Source: Torpedo marmorata (taxonomy: Eukaryota). Taken from it: a stretch of 64,000 nucleotides of DNA. Of this stretch, positions 62,636 to 64,000 are shown one piece after another. The stretch spans positions 21,886,001 through 21,950,000 of the forward strand of contig OZ360252.1 of NCBI GenBank assembly GCA_977017645.1, given 5' to 3'. Made by a program: the position numbers and the translations under genes. Under the pieces are notes generated by a model. The model was not told the DNA's origin. It saw only the letters and a list, made by a program, of their open reading frames with translations, and made no database searches. Each line of letters opens with the position of its first letter. The first letter of the stretch is position 1.

Positions 62636-62831
62636 TATCTGGCCGCAGGGACTGTGTGTCGAGCCTCTGAAAACAAATGCGACCTCCCAGAGTACTGCAA
62701 CGGGACGAGCCACAACTGCCAGGTGGACGTGTTCGTGCAGAACGGGCATCCCTGCAACCACAACAACTCCTATTGCTATAACGGGGCCTGTCAGAGCTAC
62801 GACATTCAGTGCAAAGCCCTGTTTGGGCAGG
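62636..62831 (+). CDS. ADAM9: ADAM9-like disintegrin-loop / Cys-rich exon (YLAAGTVCRASENKCDLPEYCNG...QCKALFGQ)
   Basis: ctctccacag acceptor, gtaagt donor; 196 bp, phase 0 to 1; CDLPEYCNG and CYNG motifs. Confidence 0.95.
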
Positions 62832-63018
62832 GTAAGTATCGCACCCCTCGTCGCTGTTTTAACTTTAGCCTGAAGTGCAACAAGAGTGGTGCGGTTAGTG
62901 CCACGCTATTATAGCGCCAGCTACCCGGGTTGGAATACGCCACCGTCTGTAAGAAGCACAATGTACAAACATGCTGGAGAAACTCAGCAGGTCACGTAGA
63001 AATCCACAGGAAGTAAAG

Positions 63019-63372
63019 CAGTGGTTTTCAAACTTTTTCTTTCCACTCACTATCTTAAGTAATCCCAATGCCATAAGTGCTCTGTGATTAGTAAGGGATT
63101 ACTTAAGGCGGTATGTGACTGGGGAAAAAAAGGTTGAGAACCACTGCTCTCGACCCAATTGTTACTGAAATATTTTGCTTGAGAAAAATTGTCATTGGCC
63201 CATTTCCTTTGGAGTTATGAAACCGTGCACATAACGAGTCAATTAGGTACGATTAAAACAGTGGTTTTCAAACTTTTTCTTTCCACTCACATACCACCTT
63301 AGGTAATCCCTTACTAATCACAGAGCACTTAAGGTGGTATGTGAGTGGAAAGAAACAGTTTGAAAACCACTG
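63019..63372. mobile_element. hAT composite palindromic MITE, copy 3, inserted in a Penelope-end fragment
   Basis: cagtggttttcaaact TIRs; perfect 8-bp TSD aagtaaag. Confidence 0.92.
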
Positions 63373-64000
63373 AAGTAAAGAGTCACCGATATTTCAGGCT
63401 TGGGCCCTTCAAGGTACAGGACCTGTTTATTTTTTCTTATTTCTGACAAAGGGATAACATTACCTTCCCATGGATGCTGTGTGACCTTTCGGAGTTTCTC
63501 CAGCACGTTTGTATATTGCGCTCATCTTCAGCATCTGTAAACTTTCCTGTTTAACCCCACTGTCTGTAAGGAGATTGTACGTTTCCCCCGTGACCTGCGG
63601 ACCTTGAAGAAGGGCTCAGGCCGGCAAACGTCGGTAATATGTCTTTACCTCCTATGGACGCTGCGAGACCGGATGAGTTCCTCCAGCATTTCTGTGTTTT
63701 TACTGCAATCACAGCGTCTGCAGACTTTCGTGTTTCACTCGTACACGGGTTTTCCCTGGGTGCTTCAGTTTCCTCCCACCCTCCAAAAACGTTTGGGTTA
63801 ATTGGGTGTCATGGGGTGGGACAGGTTTCATGAGCCAGCAGGGCCTTCTACCATGCTGTATCGTTGGCGTTAAAATTAAGATTATTTCAACTGGCAAAGG
63901 AAATTATATTTAGCTCCATGATCGTTAGCTTTTTTTCATGTACTAGTTTGGAGATAATTCTTTTACCTCCTCACTAATCATTAAGATGCTGACAAGATCA

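Overview
Vertebrate genomic DNA, most likely from a cartilaginous fish (inferred from HE1/V-SINE-type SINEs with CR1 tails). The only host gene I can support is an ADAM9-like metalloprotease on the + strand. Eleven consecutive internal coding exons (14898-62831) have canonical AG/GT ends and matching phases, and encode the prodomain, furin site, [12 protein letters not shown] zinc site, disintegrin and start of the Cys-rich domain. The first and last exons were not found and are probably outside the window. Most of the remaining sequence is intronic mobile DNA: CR1 LINEs, Rex1/Babar LINEs, L1 (one full-length copy with a 15-bp TSD) and Tx1, Neptune-like Penelope elements (RT + GIY-YIG), tRNA-derived V-SINEs, two 5S-rRNA-derived SINEs, two solo LTRs, hAT and Tc1/mariner-type MITEs, and minisatellites. 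Highlights: (i) about 10 minimal hammerhead-ribozyme-like motifs in Penelope ends and short TSD-flanked derivatives; (ii) a 5S-headed SINE with a Rex1-type tail; (iii) a ~290-bp repeat present in circularly permuted forms just upstream of exons; (iv) all three TSD-bounded L1 copies sit inside Rex1 3' regions; (v) deep nested insertions. All calls were made by eye without database searches, so boundaries of old repeats are approximate.
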